In this document: one piece after another, positions 25,096 through 34,467 of the stretch
Layout: the number at the start of each line of letters is the position of its first letter
Position numbering within the stretch: the first letter of the stretch is position 1
Assembly: GCA_023256835.1 (NCBI GenBank)
Contig: JALREE010000167.1
Location: 1,915-65,914 of the forward strand
Direction of reading: 5' to 3'
Length of the DNA: 64,000 nucleotides
Source of the DNA: Pseudomonadales bacterium
GTDB lineage: Bacteria; Pseudomonadota; Gammaproteobacteria; Pseudomonadales; Pseudohongiellaceae
The notes under the pieces: generated by a model
Told to the model about the DNA's origin: nothing
Seen by the model: only the letters and a program-made list of their open reading frames with translations
Databases searched by the model: none
Made by a program: the position numbers and the translations under genes

Positions 25096-26793
25096 TCATT
25101 TCTCGCTGATGAAGTGAATGGAGTCAGGGATCACAGACGCGGAAAATCGCTCAATGATGTTGATCACGTTCGGGTCATTGTGAAAATCAGCAAAGGCCTT
25201 TTGTCGACTCTCTTCGAGAAGTCTTTGTCGTCGCTGCGCCGGAGACTCTCTCAGCAATTCGCCTACACGCAGCCGAATCTGCCAGTGAGCGCCAAGTTCC
25301 GCCCGCAGGCTTTCGATGATGCGTTGACGATGATCCTCGTTGAAGAGTGAACTCTGCTGAACATCGAGTATGAGATCCAGCTCAGGTTCCGCCATGGATT
25401 CGACACAGGTATTGGCCAGCAGATTGCGACTGATGCCGCTGAGTCTTGTACGCTCGAGCAGTTCATGCCAGTTCTGCGCATCCAGTGCCGTGTCGATGTC
25501 GGCCCGGGCTGTAGCGGGCAACTGTACGTGCACTTCCGACACTGCCTGCGCTGGCGCTTGAGCAATCGTGGCAGATTCGGGCGAGTTCAGCTCTGCAGTG
25601 GCAGGCTCAGTCTTTTTTTTTTCCTCGTCAGCCGAGGCGTCCTCGACCACTGCAGGCGTCGCCGGAGTCAGCAGCCCTTGCATTGAGGAATCCTGAGGGT
25701 AATCCAGGGCCGCAGGTTTGAAGGCCACCATGCGCATCAGCAGCATCTCGAAAGCCATGCGCGGGTCTGGTGCCAATGCCAAGTCGCGCCTGCCGTTGAG
25801 CGCAATCTGGTAATGCAGCTGGATCTCCTCTGCCGTCGAATTTCTGGCGATCTCCAATACCTGCTCGCGATCACCCAGGCTGTTGTCAAGACTGCCTGGC
25901 ACCATCTGGGCAATTGCAATGCGATGCAGAAGGTTCAGCAAATTATCCAGAAGTGAAGAAAAATCGCTGGAGTGATCGGCGGCCAAACTGGTGATATCGA
26001 GCAGCTCGGCTGCATCACCCTTGCGCAGCGCGGTCATGCTGCGCAGCAGCAGTGCCTGGTCGGGCGTGCCCAGCAAGGCGCTGACATCTGCCTCGTTGAT
26101 GTTTCCGGCGCAAAACGAAATGCTCTGATCGAGCAGCGTGAGAGCATCACGCATACTGCCCTGCGCTGCGCGCGCAATCTGCCACAAGGCTGCCTCGGTA
26201 GAGGGAATCTGCTCAGCAAGCAGCACGGATTGCAGATACTCCACGATCTTCTGGGGGCTCAGATTCTTGAGACTGAATTGCAGACAACGCGAGAGAATCG
26301 TGATTGGCAGCTTGTGGGGATCCGTGGTGGCCAGCAAGAAGATCACATGGGGCGGCGGCTCCTCCAGCGTCTTGAGCAAGGCATTGAAGCTGTGCATGGA
26401 CAGCATGTGCACTTCGTCGATCAGATAGACCTTGTAACGGCCGCGTGAAGGTGCGTACTGAACGTTATCGAGAAGTTCCCGCGTGTCTTCGACCTTGGTT
26501 CTGGAGGCGGCGTCGACTTCAATCAGATCGATGAAGCGTCCTTCAGCGATTTCCTTGCAAGAATCACATTTGCCACATGGTTGTGAGCTGATTCCCGCCT
26601 CACAGTTGAGGCATTTGGCAAAGATGCGGGCGATCGTGGTCTTGCCGACACCGCGGGTCCCGGTGAAAAGGTAGGCGTGATGCAGACGCTTGTTGTCCAG
26701 CGCGTGAACGAGGGTCTGGAGCACATGTTCCTGCCCCGCCATGTCCTGGAAAGTCTTGGGGCGCCACTTGCGCGCTAGTACCTGATAAGTCAT
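25096..26793 (-). CDS. dnaX: DNA polymerase III subunits tau/gamma
   Basis: Conserved start MTYQVLARKWRPKTFQDMAGQEHV at ATG 26791-26793. The track ORF extension to 26934 overlaps ffs. Walker A GTRGVGKTT and Zn module CGKCDSC are present. Confidence 0.93.
   Translation of the reverse strand: MTYQVLARKWRPKTFQDMAGQEHVLQTLVHALDNKRLHHAYLFTGTRGVGKTTIARIFAKCLNCEAGISSQPCGKCDSCKEIAEGRFIDLIEVDAASRTKVEDTRELLDNVQYAPSRGRYKVYLIDEVHMLSMHSFNALLKTLEEPPPHVIFLLATTDPHKLPITILSRCLQFSLKNLSPQKIVEYLQSVLLAEQIPSTEAALWQIARAAQGSMRDALTLLDQSISFCAGNINEADVSALLGTPDQALLLRSMTALRKGDAAELLDITSLAADHSSDFSSLLDNLLNLLHRIAIAQMVPGSLDNSLGDREQVLEIARNSTAEEIQLHYQIALNGRRDLALAPDPRMAFEMLLMRMVAFKPAALDYPQDSSMQGLLTPATPAVVEDASADEEKKKTEPATAELNSPESATIAQAPAQAVSEVHVQLPATARADIDTALDAQNWHELLERTRLSGISRNLLANTCVESMAEPELDLILDVQQSSLFNEDHRQRIIESLRAELGAHWQIRLRVGELLRESPAQRRQRLLEESRQKAFADFHNDPNVINIIERFSASVIPDSIHFISEK
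25607..25622 (-). other. candidate dnaX recoding site (A10 tract containing A AAA AAG)
   Basis: mRNA reads GAG GAA AAA AAA AAG ACT GAG. The -1 frame after AAA AAG reads GAC TGA. The +1 frame stops after 8 codons. Confidence 0.5.
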
Positions 26794-26903
26794 CGTCGTC
26801 CGGTTGGCCGTACTGGCGTTATAGACCCGATTGTCCGTCCGGGGACGGGCATTTGGCACACAGTATTGCAAGTGGCGTGAAGGGACCAGGTGCCGGATTT
26901 GGA

Positions 26904-27015
26904 GGTATCCCCTGCCAGCCACACCACGGCACATGAGTCAGCCGTTACCGTTGCTCCCTTCCGGGCCTGGCGGGGTTCACGGCTTATCATTGCGAGGGGA
27001 CCGGCAAGAGATACC
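26904..27015 (-). ncRNA. ffs: signal recognition particle RNA (4.5S type)
   Basis: Minus strand contains CAGGCCCGGAAGGGAGCAACGG...GCCGTGGTGTGGCTGGCAGGGG, matching the E. coli 4.5S domain IV core (CAGGUCCGGAAGGAAGCAGCC...GCUGGCAGGG). 5' GGUAUCUCUUGCCGG pairs with 3' CUGGCAGGGGAUACC. Ends are approximate. Confidence 0.85.
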
Positions 27016-27056
27016 ATTGAGCGTGAATGCCGTTATCGCTGGCATCACAGCGCCGC

Positions 27057-27085
27057 ATTATGGTGAAACGGTGTGGTTTAATCAA
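27057..27085 (-). promoter_or_regulatory. sigma70-type promoter for ffs
   Basis: Minus strand TTGATT-17 nt-CATAAT, about 35-40 nt upstream of the predicted mature 5' end. This implies a processed leader. Confidence 0.45.
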
Positions 27086-27101
27086 GCCGACTCACGCGAG
27101 G

Positions 27102-29003
27102 TCAAGGCAAGGCAAAGCTCATCAGCCGCGCATCCTGTCCAGCTCCTACCGCAACGGCGACGAATTGTCTGCCGCCTGCCATGTAGGACATCGGCGTACC
27201 CCCTGGTGGCAATGGCAAGTCGATCTCCCGCAAGACATTTCCTGTGGCCTTGTCGTACGCGCGTATCACATAGCGCCCGTTGTCTTCCTGCCCGAGAATC
27301 AGCAGAGTCTTCGTCAACAATGGGCCAGTTCGTGAAGATGAGCCCACTGGACCGGGATCCTGCACTCCCGCCGCCATTATGCGTTCGCGAATTCCTTCGC
27401 CATGCGGAACCATCCACAAGTGCTCGCCCGTATTCAGGTCAATAGCCGTGATGCGACCATACGGCGGCTTGGTCAGCGGCAAGCCGGAAGGACTGGGCGC
27501 AGAAGTTCTCCCGCCGCGCACAAAATCAAAGTCGGACTCCGCGGCGTCAGGTGCCACCAATTGCACCACCATCGGCGCACTGCCTGAGGGGACATACATG
27601 ATGCCTGTTTCGGGATCCACTGCAGCGCCCTGCCAGCCTCCCCCGCCAAACCATCCCGGGAAATTCACCGTGCCACGCAGCGAGGGGGGCGTATACAGTG
27701 GCCCGTAATCAAGAGACTCCAATAGTTGAAGAGCTTCGGCCCGCAATTGAGGGGTGAAGTCTATAAGCGTCTCCGATGAAATACCCTGCATTTCGAAAGG
27801 CGCCGGTCGCTGGGGAAACGGTTGGGTGGGAGACAGCTGCTCACCTGGCACGGAACCTTGCCGCACAGGTCGCTCCTCTATCGGCCAGACCGGCGCCCCT
27901 GTCACACGGTCGAACACGAAGACGAAACCCTGTTTGGTGGTCTGCGCCACTGCTTTTATGCGGCGACCATCCACAGTGATGTCAATCAGATTTGGCGCAG
28001 CAGGCAAGTCATAATCCCACACACCGTGGTGAACAAACTGGAAATGCCAAACGCGCTCGCCTGTTCTGGCATCGACACATATCAGACTTTCTGCGAAAAG
28101 ATTGTCACCCTTGCGATGCCCGCCATACCAGTCATTGGTCGGGGTACCTACTGGCAAGTACACATAGCCCAACTCTTCATCGGCACTCATCAGCGTCCAG
28201 ACGTTGGTGTTTCCCGTGTACTGCCAGGAATCATCTTCCCAGGTCTCGACACCGGGCTCCCCCGCCTGCGCAATCGTGTGGAAGATCCAGACCTGCTCGC
28301 CTGTGCGCACATTGAATCCTCGCACATGTCCCGGGGGTGCCTCCTTGAAGCGCGGCACGTCGTTGATGGACGAGCCGACGACCAGGATATCGCCGACGAT
28401 CATTGGAGGCGAGATCTGGGTATATTCAGCGCGAGACACGGCGCGGCCGAGTCCGCTGGTGAGATCAACGCGCCCCTGTTGCCCAAAGGCCGGATCAGGC
28501 AATCCTGTTGCTGCATCCAGTGACCAGAGCCAGGCATCATTGGCTGCCATGAGAATGCGAGCATTCTCTCCATCGCGCCAGTAAGCCACACCTCGATGGT
28601 TGTAGCCCAGATTCGCCGGACGCCCCGCTTCCCATGACCGCGTGTCGAACTGCCACAATTCACGTCCATTTTGCCCATCCATTGCGACCACGCGGCCGAA
28701 GGATGTACTGGTGTAAAGTACACCGTCGATCGCGATGGGAGTGACCTTGAAGGCGCCGGGAGTGGCGCGAAAGTTCTGCTGCCTCTGGTTCTCCAACGCT
28801 GTCGCATTGTCTGGCGACATCCAGGTCCAGGCGAGATCGAGCTGATCGATGTTGGCAGCCGATATCTGCTCGAAAGGCACGTATTTGCTGGAGGCCTTGT
28901 CGGCTCCATAAGAAGGCCAGTCACTGGCCATGGCAAACTGGCTGCATACTGCGAGCAAATGCGAGGCACAGAGCAGAAAGGAGGCTTTCACGGCGTTGCC
29001 CAT
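27102..29003 (-). CDS. PQQ-dependent dehydrogenase (soluble quinoprotein, signal peptide)
   Basis: 633 aa with N-terminal signal sequence, then DWPSYGADKASSKYVPFEQISAANIDQLDLAWTW, typical of the PQQ beta-propeller family. W-rich repeats throughout. Confidence 0.85.
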   Translation of the reverse strand: MGNAVKASFLLCASHLLAVCSQFAMASDWPSYGADKASSKYVPFEQISAANIDQLDLAWTWMSPDNATALENQRQQNFRATPGAFKVTPIAIDGVLYTSTSFGRVVAMDGQNGRELWQFDTRSWEAGRPANLGYNHRGVAYWRDGENARILMAANDAWLWSLDAATGLPDPAFGQQGRVDLTSGLGRAVSRAEYTQISPPMIVGDILVVGSSINDVPRFKEAPPGHVRGFNVRTGEQVWIFHTIAQAGEPGVETWEDDSWQYTGNTNVWTLMSADEELGYVYLPVGTPTNDWYGGHRKGDNLFAESLICVDARTGERVWHFQFVHHGVWDYDLPAAPNLIDITVDGRRIKAVAQTTKQGFVFVFDRVTGAPVWPIEERPVRQGSVPGEQLSPTQPFPQRPAPFEMQGISSETLIDFTPQLRAEALQLLESLDYGPLYTPPSLRGTVNFPGWFGGGGWQGAAVDPETGIMYVPSGSAPMVVQLVAPDAAESDFDFVRGGRTSAPSPSGLPLTKPPYGRITAIDLNTGEHLWMVPHGEGIRERIMAAGVQDPGPVGSSSRTGPLLTKTLLILGQEDNGRYVIRAYDKATGNVLREIDLPLPPGGTPMSYMAGGRQFVAVAVGAGQDARLMSFALP

Positions 29004-29100
29004 CCATCTTGTTTTTGGGTAATCGTACAGCAGCGGCCGGATTGCAGAAAGGACAGGCGTGCGGAAAACGGCAGGACAGATTCGAGAACTTCAAGCGCAA

Positions 29101-29191
29101 TGGCGGTGAGAGAGGGATTCGAACCCTCGATACGCTTTTAACGTATACACACTTTCCAGGCGTGCTCCTTCAACCACTCGGACACCTCACC
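29101..29191 (-). tRNA. tRNA-Ser (anticodon GGA)
   Basis: 91-nt minus-strand tRNA GGTGAGGTGTCCGAGTGGTTGAAGGAGCACGCCTGGAAAGTGTG with a long variable arm, GGTTCGAATCC and CACCGCCA. Confidence 0.93.
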
Positions 29192-29274
29192 TTTGGCTTG
29201 GGACGCTTCGACACAACTCCTTGTTCGAAGGCGCGACAATGTATATCAGCAATGCGGATATTACAAGCCGCCAA

Positions 29275-30096
29275 CTATTGCCTGGCGAGGCGAACAGCGG
29301 GAAATTCCACTTCGAACGGATGCGAACTTCGCACGGGATTGATTTCCAGACCTCCCCGACGCAGAAAATTGATGGCAACACTCAAATGCTCAGGGTTCAT
29401 CAACTGCATGAGATCAACATAGATCCGTTCAACACAGTCTTCGTGAAAGCCATTGTGATGCCGATAGGACACGAGATATTTCAAGAGACTGCCATGGTCA
29501 ATCGCGCTGCCCTTGTAACGGATGAAAGCTGTCCCCCAATCAGGCTGACCGGTCACGGGGCAATTCGAACGAAAGAGATTGCTGTGGAGGGTCTCCGCAC
29601 GCACGCAACCTGCGTCAACCCGCAGCAAACTCGGATCGGGCTGATAAACATCGATATCCAGGGACAAGTCATCGAGCGAGACTCCTTCTGGTTCCGCGCA
29701 AGACAACTGGGAAAACACATGGGGCAAGTAAAGTTGTACAAGACAGCGTGCCTGAACGACACGAGCAAGATCATCCGTAATGAGCTGTTGTACAGCAGCG
29801 GGGCTGTCGAAACTCTTCTGGTTGAGCGAGTTCAGATAGAGCTTGAACGACTTCGACTCCACCATGCACGGGGAATCGGCCGGCACCAGTATTTCACCTG
29901 CTGCCACAACAGGTTTGCCACGCAGATCCAACCAGGAAATCTCGTAAGCACGCCACAGATCATAGCCACGAAACGGCAGAGCGAGGCCAGTCACCCCGAT
30001 ATCCTGACGATTCTCGGCGCGTGAGATCGGAAACAGCAATCCTGGATCGTAGGACGAGGGGTACTCAGTGTCACGCCCCAGTGGATTCCGCGACAT
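29275..30096 (-). CDS. queF: NADPH-dependent 7-cyano-7-deazaguanine reductase (two-domain type)
   Basis: Collinear with E. coli QueF: ESKSFKLYLNS, SNCPVTGQPDWG and VSYRHHNGFHEDCVERI motifs. ATG at 30094-30096 avoids overlap with yadH (track ORF runs to 30144). Confidence 0.92.
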   Translation of the reverse strand: MSRNPLGRDTEYPSSYDPGLLFPISRAENRQDIGVTGLALPFRGYDLWRAYEISWLDLRGKPVVAAGEILVPADSPCMVESKSFKLYLNSLNQKSFDSPAAVQQLITDDLARVVQARCLVQLYLPHVFSQLSCAEPEGVSLDDLSLDIDVYQPDPSLLRVDAGCVRAETLHSNLFRSNCPVTGQPDWGTAFIRYKGSAIDHGSLLKYLVSYRHHNGFHEDCVERIYVDLMQLMNPEHLSVAINFLRRGGLEINPVRSSHPFEVEFPAVRLARQ

Positions 30097-30101
30097 GTTC
30101 A

Positions 30102-30875
30102 TCAGTGCCGCAGCCCTGTGCCACGACGCAGCAGAATGAGACATGCCGCTCCAAGGACGAACACGAATACGACAAGCATCATCAGGGACGTGTAAATGTT
30201 GGCATCAGATGCGCCAAGAATTCCATAGCGGAATGTGTTGACCATGTAGAACAGAGGATTGATGGCAGACACCATCCTGCCGAATTCAGGCAGCAGGTCC
30301 ACGGAGTAGAACACCCCGCCAAGGTAGATCAGCGGCGTCAGAATGAAGGTCGGGATGATGGAGATGTCGTCAAAGCTGTTGGCAAACAGTGCATTCAAGA
30401 ATCCCGCCAGCGAAAACACCACGGCAGTCATCAGCACGACGAAAAGCGTGATTCCCCAATGATGAATATTCAGATCGGTGAAGACGAAGGACATCAACAC
30501 CACAATAACGCCTACAGCAAGTCCTCGTGCCACGCCCCCAGCGACAAAGCCGGCGAGAATGATGTAATTGGGTACTGGCGAAACCAGGAGTTCCTCGATG
30601 CTGCGCTGAAACTTCTGACTGAAGAAAGAGGACACAACATTGGCATAGGCATTCTGGATGACAGCCATCATGATGAGACCAGGGACGATGAAGTCCATGT
30701 AGGAAAACCCACTCATGCTGCCGATGCGATTGCCGATCAGATTCCCGAAGATCAGAAAATACAAGCCTATGGTGATTGCCGGAGGCACAAGGGTCTGCAC
30801 CCAGATGCGCATGAACCGGCGCACTTCCTTGATGAGGATGGTTTCGAACGCGATGTACTTGTGACTGTTCAGCAT
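30102..30875 (-). CDS. yadH: ABC-2 type transporter permease
   Basis: 257 aa, six hydrophobic helices, ABC-2 permease pattern. Immediately downstream of a yadG-like ATPase. Confidence 0.85.
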   Translation of the reverse strand: MLNSHKYIAFETILIKEVRRFMRIWVQTLVPPAITIGLYFLIFGNLIGNRIGSMSGFSYMDFIVPGLIMMAVIQNAYANVVSSFFSQKFQRSIEELLVSPVPNYIILAGFVAGGVARGLAVGVIVVLMSFVFTDLNIHHWGITLFVVLMTAVVFSLAGFLNALFANSFDDISIIPTFILTPLIYLGGVFYSVDLLPEFGRMVSAINPLFYMVNTFRYGILGASDANIYTSLMMLVVFVFVLGAACLILLRRGTGLRH

Positions 30876-30882
30876 GATCCAT

Positions 30883-31809
30883 TCACACCGTGGAATTCTT
30901 CAGGCGAGAAAGAAACAATTGTTCCAGCCTGTTCGACTTGTTGCGCATGCCCTTGACGTGAATGTTGGCTTGACTGAGCAACGCGAAGACTTCATTGACA
31001 TCGTGGTCACGACCAAGATCAACCTCGAGAGTATGGGAATCCACATGGCGGAACCCCGGCAGTGTGTGCTGCGCGAAGACCTCGCTGCTCATCTCGTGGC
31101 GCAGATCACATACCAGAGTCTGCGAATCCAACTTGTTGAGTAGCGATTTCATGCTGCAATTCTCGATGATTCGACCTTGATCGATAATCGCAATGTTGCG
31201 ACACAGATGTTCTGCCTCTTCAAGATAATGCGTGGTCAGGATGATGGTCGTTCCGTTGTTGTTGATCTCCTGCAGGAAGTCCCACATCGAGCGGCGCAGT
31301 TCTATGTCCACGCCTGCCGTTGGCTCATCAAGAATCAACAGACGCGGTTCGTGGACAAGTGCACGGGCTATCATCAAGCGCCGCTTCATGCCCCCGGAAA
31401 GCGTGCGCGAACGAACATCCCGCTTGTCCCAAAGGCCGAGCTTGCGCAAGTACTTTTCGGTACGCTCGCGAGCCAGGGCTCGTGGCAACCCATAGTAGCC
31501 GGCCTGCGTCATGACAATGTCTGCCACTTTCTCGAAGGGGTTGAAATTGACTTCCTGAGGGACGACACCGAAATCCAGTTTCGTCTCGTAGACGTGGGTC
31601 GCAACGTCTCGGCCATATACCGCAACACCGCCCCCTGTGGGTCGCACCAGCGTGGAAATGATGCCGATGATCGTGGACTTGCCCGCCCCGTTGGGCCCTA
31701 GCAACGCGAAGAAATCGCGCTCTTGCACCTCGAGATCGACACCACGCAATGCCTGATGTCCATTGGCGTAGGTCTTCTGCAGATTTGTGATTGAAATGGC
31801 ACTGCTCAT
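30883..31809 (-). CDS. yadG: ABC transporter ATP-binding protein
   Basis: 308 aa with Walker [10 protein letters not shown], signature LSGGMKRRL and Walker [13 protein letters not shown]. Collinear with E. coli YadG. Confidence 0.88.
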   Translation of the reverse strand: MSSAISITNLQKTYANGHQALRGVDLEVQERDFFALLGPNGAGKSTIIGIISTLVRPTGGGVAVYGRDVATHVYETKLDFGVVPQEVNFNPFEKVADIVMTQAGYYGLPRALARERTEKYLRKLGLWDKRDVRSRTLSGGMKRRLMIARALVHEPRLLILDEPTAGVDIELRRSMWDFLQEINNNGTTIILTTHYLEEAEHLCRNIAIIDQGRIIENCSMKSLLNKLDSQTLVCDLRHEMSSEVFAQHTLPGFRHVDSHTLEVDLGRDHDVNEVFALLSQANIHVKGMRNKSNRLEQLFLSRLKNSTV

Positions 31810-31898
31810 CGGGGAGTCTCGTTGCCAGAAGGCTGGCGCTGTGAAACCGGGCGCAAGGATAGCAAATCGGGCTTACATCAACCACGTGTGATGAAGCC

Positions 31899-31930
31899 AA
31901 AAAAAAAGCCTGACCAGTGGTCAGGCTTTT
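31899..31930. terminator. bidirectional rho-independent terminator
   Basis: A9-GCCTGACC-agt-GGTCAGGC-TTTT. On the minus strand it follows tRNA-Glu. Confidence 0.75.
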
Positions 31931-31937
31931 CAGAGTT

Positions 31938-32013
31938 TGGCGTCCCCTGGGGGTTTCGAACCCCCGTTGCCGGGATGAAAACCCGGTGTCCTAGGCCTCT
32001 AGACGAAGGGGAC
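31938..32013 (-). tRNA. tRNA-Glu (anticodon UUC)
   Basis: 76-nt minus-strand tRNA GTCCCCTTCGTCTAGAGGCCTAGGACACCGGGTTTTCATCCCGG...GGTTCGAAACCCCCAGGGGACGCCA. Confidence 0.94.
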
Positions 32014-32232
32014 TGGAGTCAAACTGCCTTCTGTGTCTTCTCACAGAAGGCGGCGCATTCTAGAAAGCCATTCCTGGTGCGTCAAGCACTAAATCCAAAA
32101 ATTTTGTCGTCATGATTTCGCACAGAACAAATGGGAGTCAGTGTCCCCCTTTTGGATACCGCACTGCTCTTCGGCCACTGGCATCGACCTGCAGCCGTCA
32201 AGATTGCTATCATCGCCGCGAGACAGAATTGA

Positions 32233-33000
32233 GTGGCACTGCATGAAACAGCACAAGATCTTCAACGAGGAATGCATTCGATGCTGATCTTCCTGGGAGT
32301 GGTAGCTGCCGCGGTGCTGCTGATTGGCTTGATCGCGGTGCTGCACAGACTTCAGTACCAGCGGAAGGTCGAAGCAGTCGACCGCACCATTCCCCTACCC
32401 CCACTGGATCCGCAGGACAAGCAGCGTGTCCTGGCAATCACAGCTGATGTTGAGCTCTCCCACATGGAGACAGCCGAAGACAAGCGGGAACGGTGGCTGG
32501 ACCGCATGCTTGCAGCGGCACCAGAAACCGCAAAGGACTGGCAGGCCAAAGCGCGGCAGCATGCCGATGACCTCGACTTCACTCAGGCGCTCGCTTGCTG
32601 CGCCGTCGCATTCCCACAGCTCGGGGCCTTGCGCCAGGCTGCACAGATACTGCGACAGCAGATTCGCGCCGCGCAGAGGAACGGTGACGCTCTGGACAGC
32701 CCCTTGGCTGATCTGTATCGCATCGCCGCCTGGGCGGATCTGCTGCATAGCCACCTCCCTGCTTACAGACCGCTGACCAGCGCCCAGCTGAAAAAATTCG
32801 ATATGCGAGCATGGCAGGACTTCGCATTCGATTACTCTACCCTTGGCTCCAACCAGCTAGGGTTGTTGACTGTCGCCGACAGGAAACTGATCAGCACACG
32901 CTGGGGCAACCCAACGCAGCATGTCCATACGCTAGAGCTGCACGACATGGACTTGCAATCCATGCTCGGCATGAGCAGCCGTTCAACAGGAGCCTCATGA
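32233..33000 (+). CDS. hypothetical single-pass membrane protein
   Basis: Track ORF starts at GTG 32233. ATG 32281 (MLIFLGVVAAAVLLIGLIAVL) has a GAGGA Shine-Dalgarno 10 nt upstream. One N-terminal TM helix, then about 210 aa of soluble, helix-rich sequence I cannot place. Its stop overlaps the next start (ATGA). Confidence 0.6.
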   Translation: MALHETAQDLQRGMHSMLIFLGVVAAAVLLIGLIAVLHRLQYQRKVEAVDRTIPLPPLDPQDKQRVLAITADVELSHMETAEDKRERWLDRMLAAAPETAKDWQAKARQHADDLDFTQALACCAVAFPQLGALRQAAQILRQQIRAAQRNGDALDSPLADLYRIAAWADLLHSHLPAYRPLTSAQLKKFDMRAWQDFAFDYSTLGSNQLGLLTVADRKLISTRWGNPTQHVHTLELHDMDLQSMLGMSSRSTGAS

Positions 33001-33671
33001 GCACTCTGACAGACGTTCAGGCCAGCATCATGCTGACCCTGCAAGCCACCATGAACACCAAGGTGGATGCACACTGGCTCGACAAGCGATTCCCTTACTT
33101 GAGGGCGGTCGTGGTCGAGGCAGCCGAAGCCATCGAACATCACGGCTGGAAATGGTGGAAGAAGCAGGAAAGGGATCTGCCGCAACTGCAAATGGAAGTC
33201 ATCGATATCTGGCATTTCCTGCTTTCGGAGATTCTGCTTCGCAACAACGGGGACCATGAGCAGGCAAGGACACTTCTGCGTGCTGCCAATGCGCCCCACC
33301 TCGGTGGCCATGTGATTCACTTCGATGGTCATGCCCTTGAACAGGGCAGCATGAGTCTGTTGAGCAAGCTGGAATTGCTGATCGGGCTGTCATGCGCGGG
33401 ACGCATCGATCTGCTGCTGTTCCGCTCGATCATGCTGGATAGCGGGCTGAACTGGGAGTCACTCTACAAGCAGTATGTCAGCAAGAATGTGCTGAACATG
33501 TTCCGCCAGGATCATGGCTACAAGGAGGGCACTTACCAGAAGCTCTGGCATGGACGCGAGGACAATGAACATCTTGTGGAGCTGATGGACTCCCTGGACA
33601 CATCCGATGCAGCTTACCCTGAGCGACTCTACCAGGGGCTTTCCCGTCGCTATCCCGGGAGCCCTACTTGA
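32997..33671 (+). CDS. dimeric dUTPase family (all-alpha NTP pyrophosphohydrolase) protein
   Basis: 224 aa from ATG 32997 (track ORF opens earlier). Motifs [31 protein letters not shown] and [31 protein letters not shown] match the Campylobacter/Leishmania-type dimeric dUTPase family. Confidence 0.75.
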   Translation: MSTLTDVQASIMLTLQATMNTKVDAHWLDKRFPYLRAVVVEAAEAIEHHGWKWWKKQERDLPQLQMEVIDIWHFLLSEILLRNNGDHEQARTLLRAANAPHLGGHVIHFDGHALEQGSMSLLSKLELLIGLSCAGRIDLLLFRSIMLDSGLNWESLYKQYVSKNVLNMFRQDHGYKEGTYQKLWHGREDNEHLVELMDSLDTSDAAYPERLYQGLSRRYPGSPT

Positions 33672-34245
33672 AATAGGCATTCTCACGCTTGGAGTGGTCG
33701 GTGATATCGCGCACTTCCGTGAGTTGCGGAATCTGCTCCAGCAGGGTCTTCTCGACGCCTTCCTTCAGCGTCAGGTCAACCATGCCACAGCCCTGGCAAC
33801 CTCCTCCGAACTTCAGCACGGCCACAGTCCCGTCATAGATTTCCTCAAGCGTGACGACACCGCCATGTGCGGCCAGTGAAGGATTGATCTCGTTATAGAG
33901 CACGTAATTGACGCGGTCTTCGATAGGACTGTCATCCTGTATCTGAGGCAGGCGAGAGTTGGGCGCCTTGATGGTCAACTGCCCCCCCATGGCATCCTTG
34001 GCGTAGTCAACCACGGCATCCTTGAGATAGGGAATGCTGCGTTGCTCGATGTAAGCGTTGAAGTCCTTATAGCTGCGCAGTTCATCCGATTCCTGATGCT
34101 CACCAGGCCGACAAAAGGAAATGCAGGTCTCCGCTTTTGGCGTTCCAGCATCGAGAATGAAAACGCGCACCCCAATGCCCTCGCAATCCTGCTTCTTCAG
34201 CAACTCAGCGAGATAAGTCTGCGCAGACTCTGTAATCGTGATCAT
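33664..34245 (-). CDS. nfuA: Fe-S cluster biogenesis protein NfuA
   Basis: 193 aa with N-terminal degenerate A-type domain and C-terminal Nfu domain carrying GGCQGCGM. Confidence 0.93.
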   Translation of the reverse strand: MITITESAQTYLAELLKKQDCEGIGVRVFILDAGTPKAETCISFCRPGEHQESDELRSYKDFNAYIEQRSIPYLKDAVVDYAKDAMGGQLTIKAPNSRLPQIQDDSPIEDRVNYVLYNEINPSLAAHGGVVTLEEIYDGTVAVLKFGGGCQGCGMVDLTLKEGVEKTLLEQIPQLTEVRDITDHSKRENAYFK

Positions 34246-34294
34246 GAGAGAACCTGTGACGGGTCAGTAAAATTGGCCGGGAGTTTACGCCATG

Positions 34295-34323
34295 TTGACA
34301 GCAATGGAAATAGCCGACTAAAT
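34295..34323 (+). promoter_or_regulatory. candidate sigma70 promoter for metH
   Basis: TTGACA-17 nt-CTAAAT. Implies a leader of about 135 nt. Confidence 0.35.
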
Positions 34324-34467
34324 CACTTGGTTATTTGCCCTCACCGCCCGCCGTCTCTCCAGACATGACCCTGTCCGTGCAGGAGACTTCTGGTAAACTG
34401 CGCCCCTTTTCTGCAGCCACTGCCTGATCGCCTGACGCAAGGGCGATCAACAAACGAGAGTACAACG

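Noticed and set aside
26794-26934. 47-codon N-terminal extension of dnaX
   Set aside because: It overlaps the SRP RNA gene. The canonical DnaX N-terminus (MTYQVLARKWRPKTF) starts at 26793.
27016-27101. att-like direct repeat of the tRNA-Ser 3' end that would mark the PQQ dehydrogenase as a tRNA-integrated islet
   Set aside because: No copy of the tRNA 3' segment (GGTTCGAATCCCTCTCTCACCGCCA or its complement) is visible here.
34246-34467. Possible riboswitch (SAH or cobalamin) in the leader of about 135-220 nt upstream of metH
   Set aside because: It contains hairpins (for example GATCGCC-N9-GGCGATC at about 34425-34447). I could not find the conserved cores of the SAH or B12 riboswitch classes. 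An Rfam scan would settle it.
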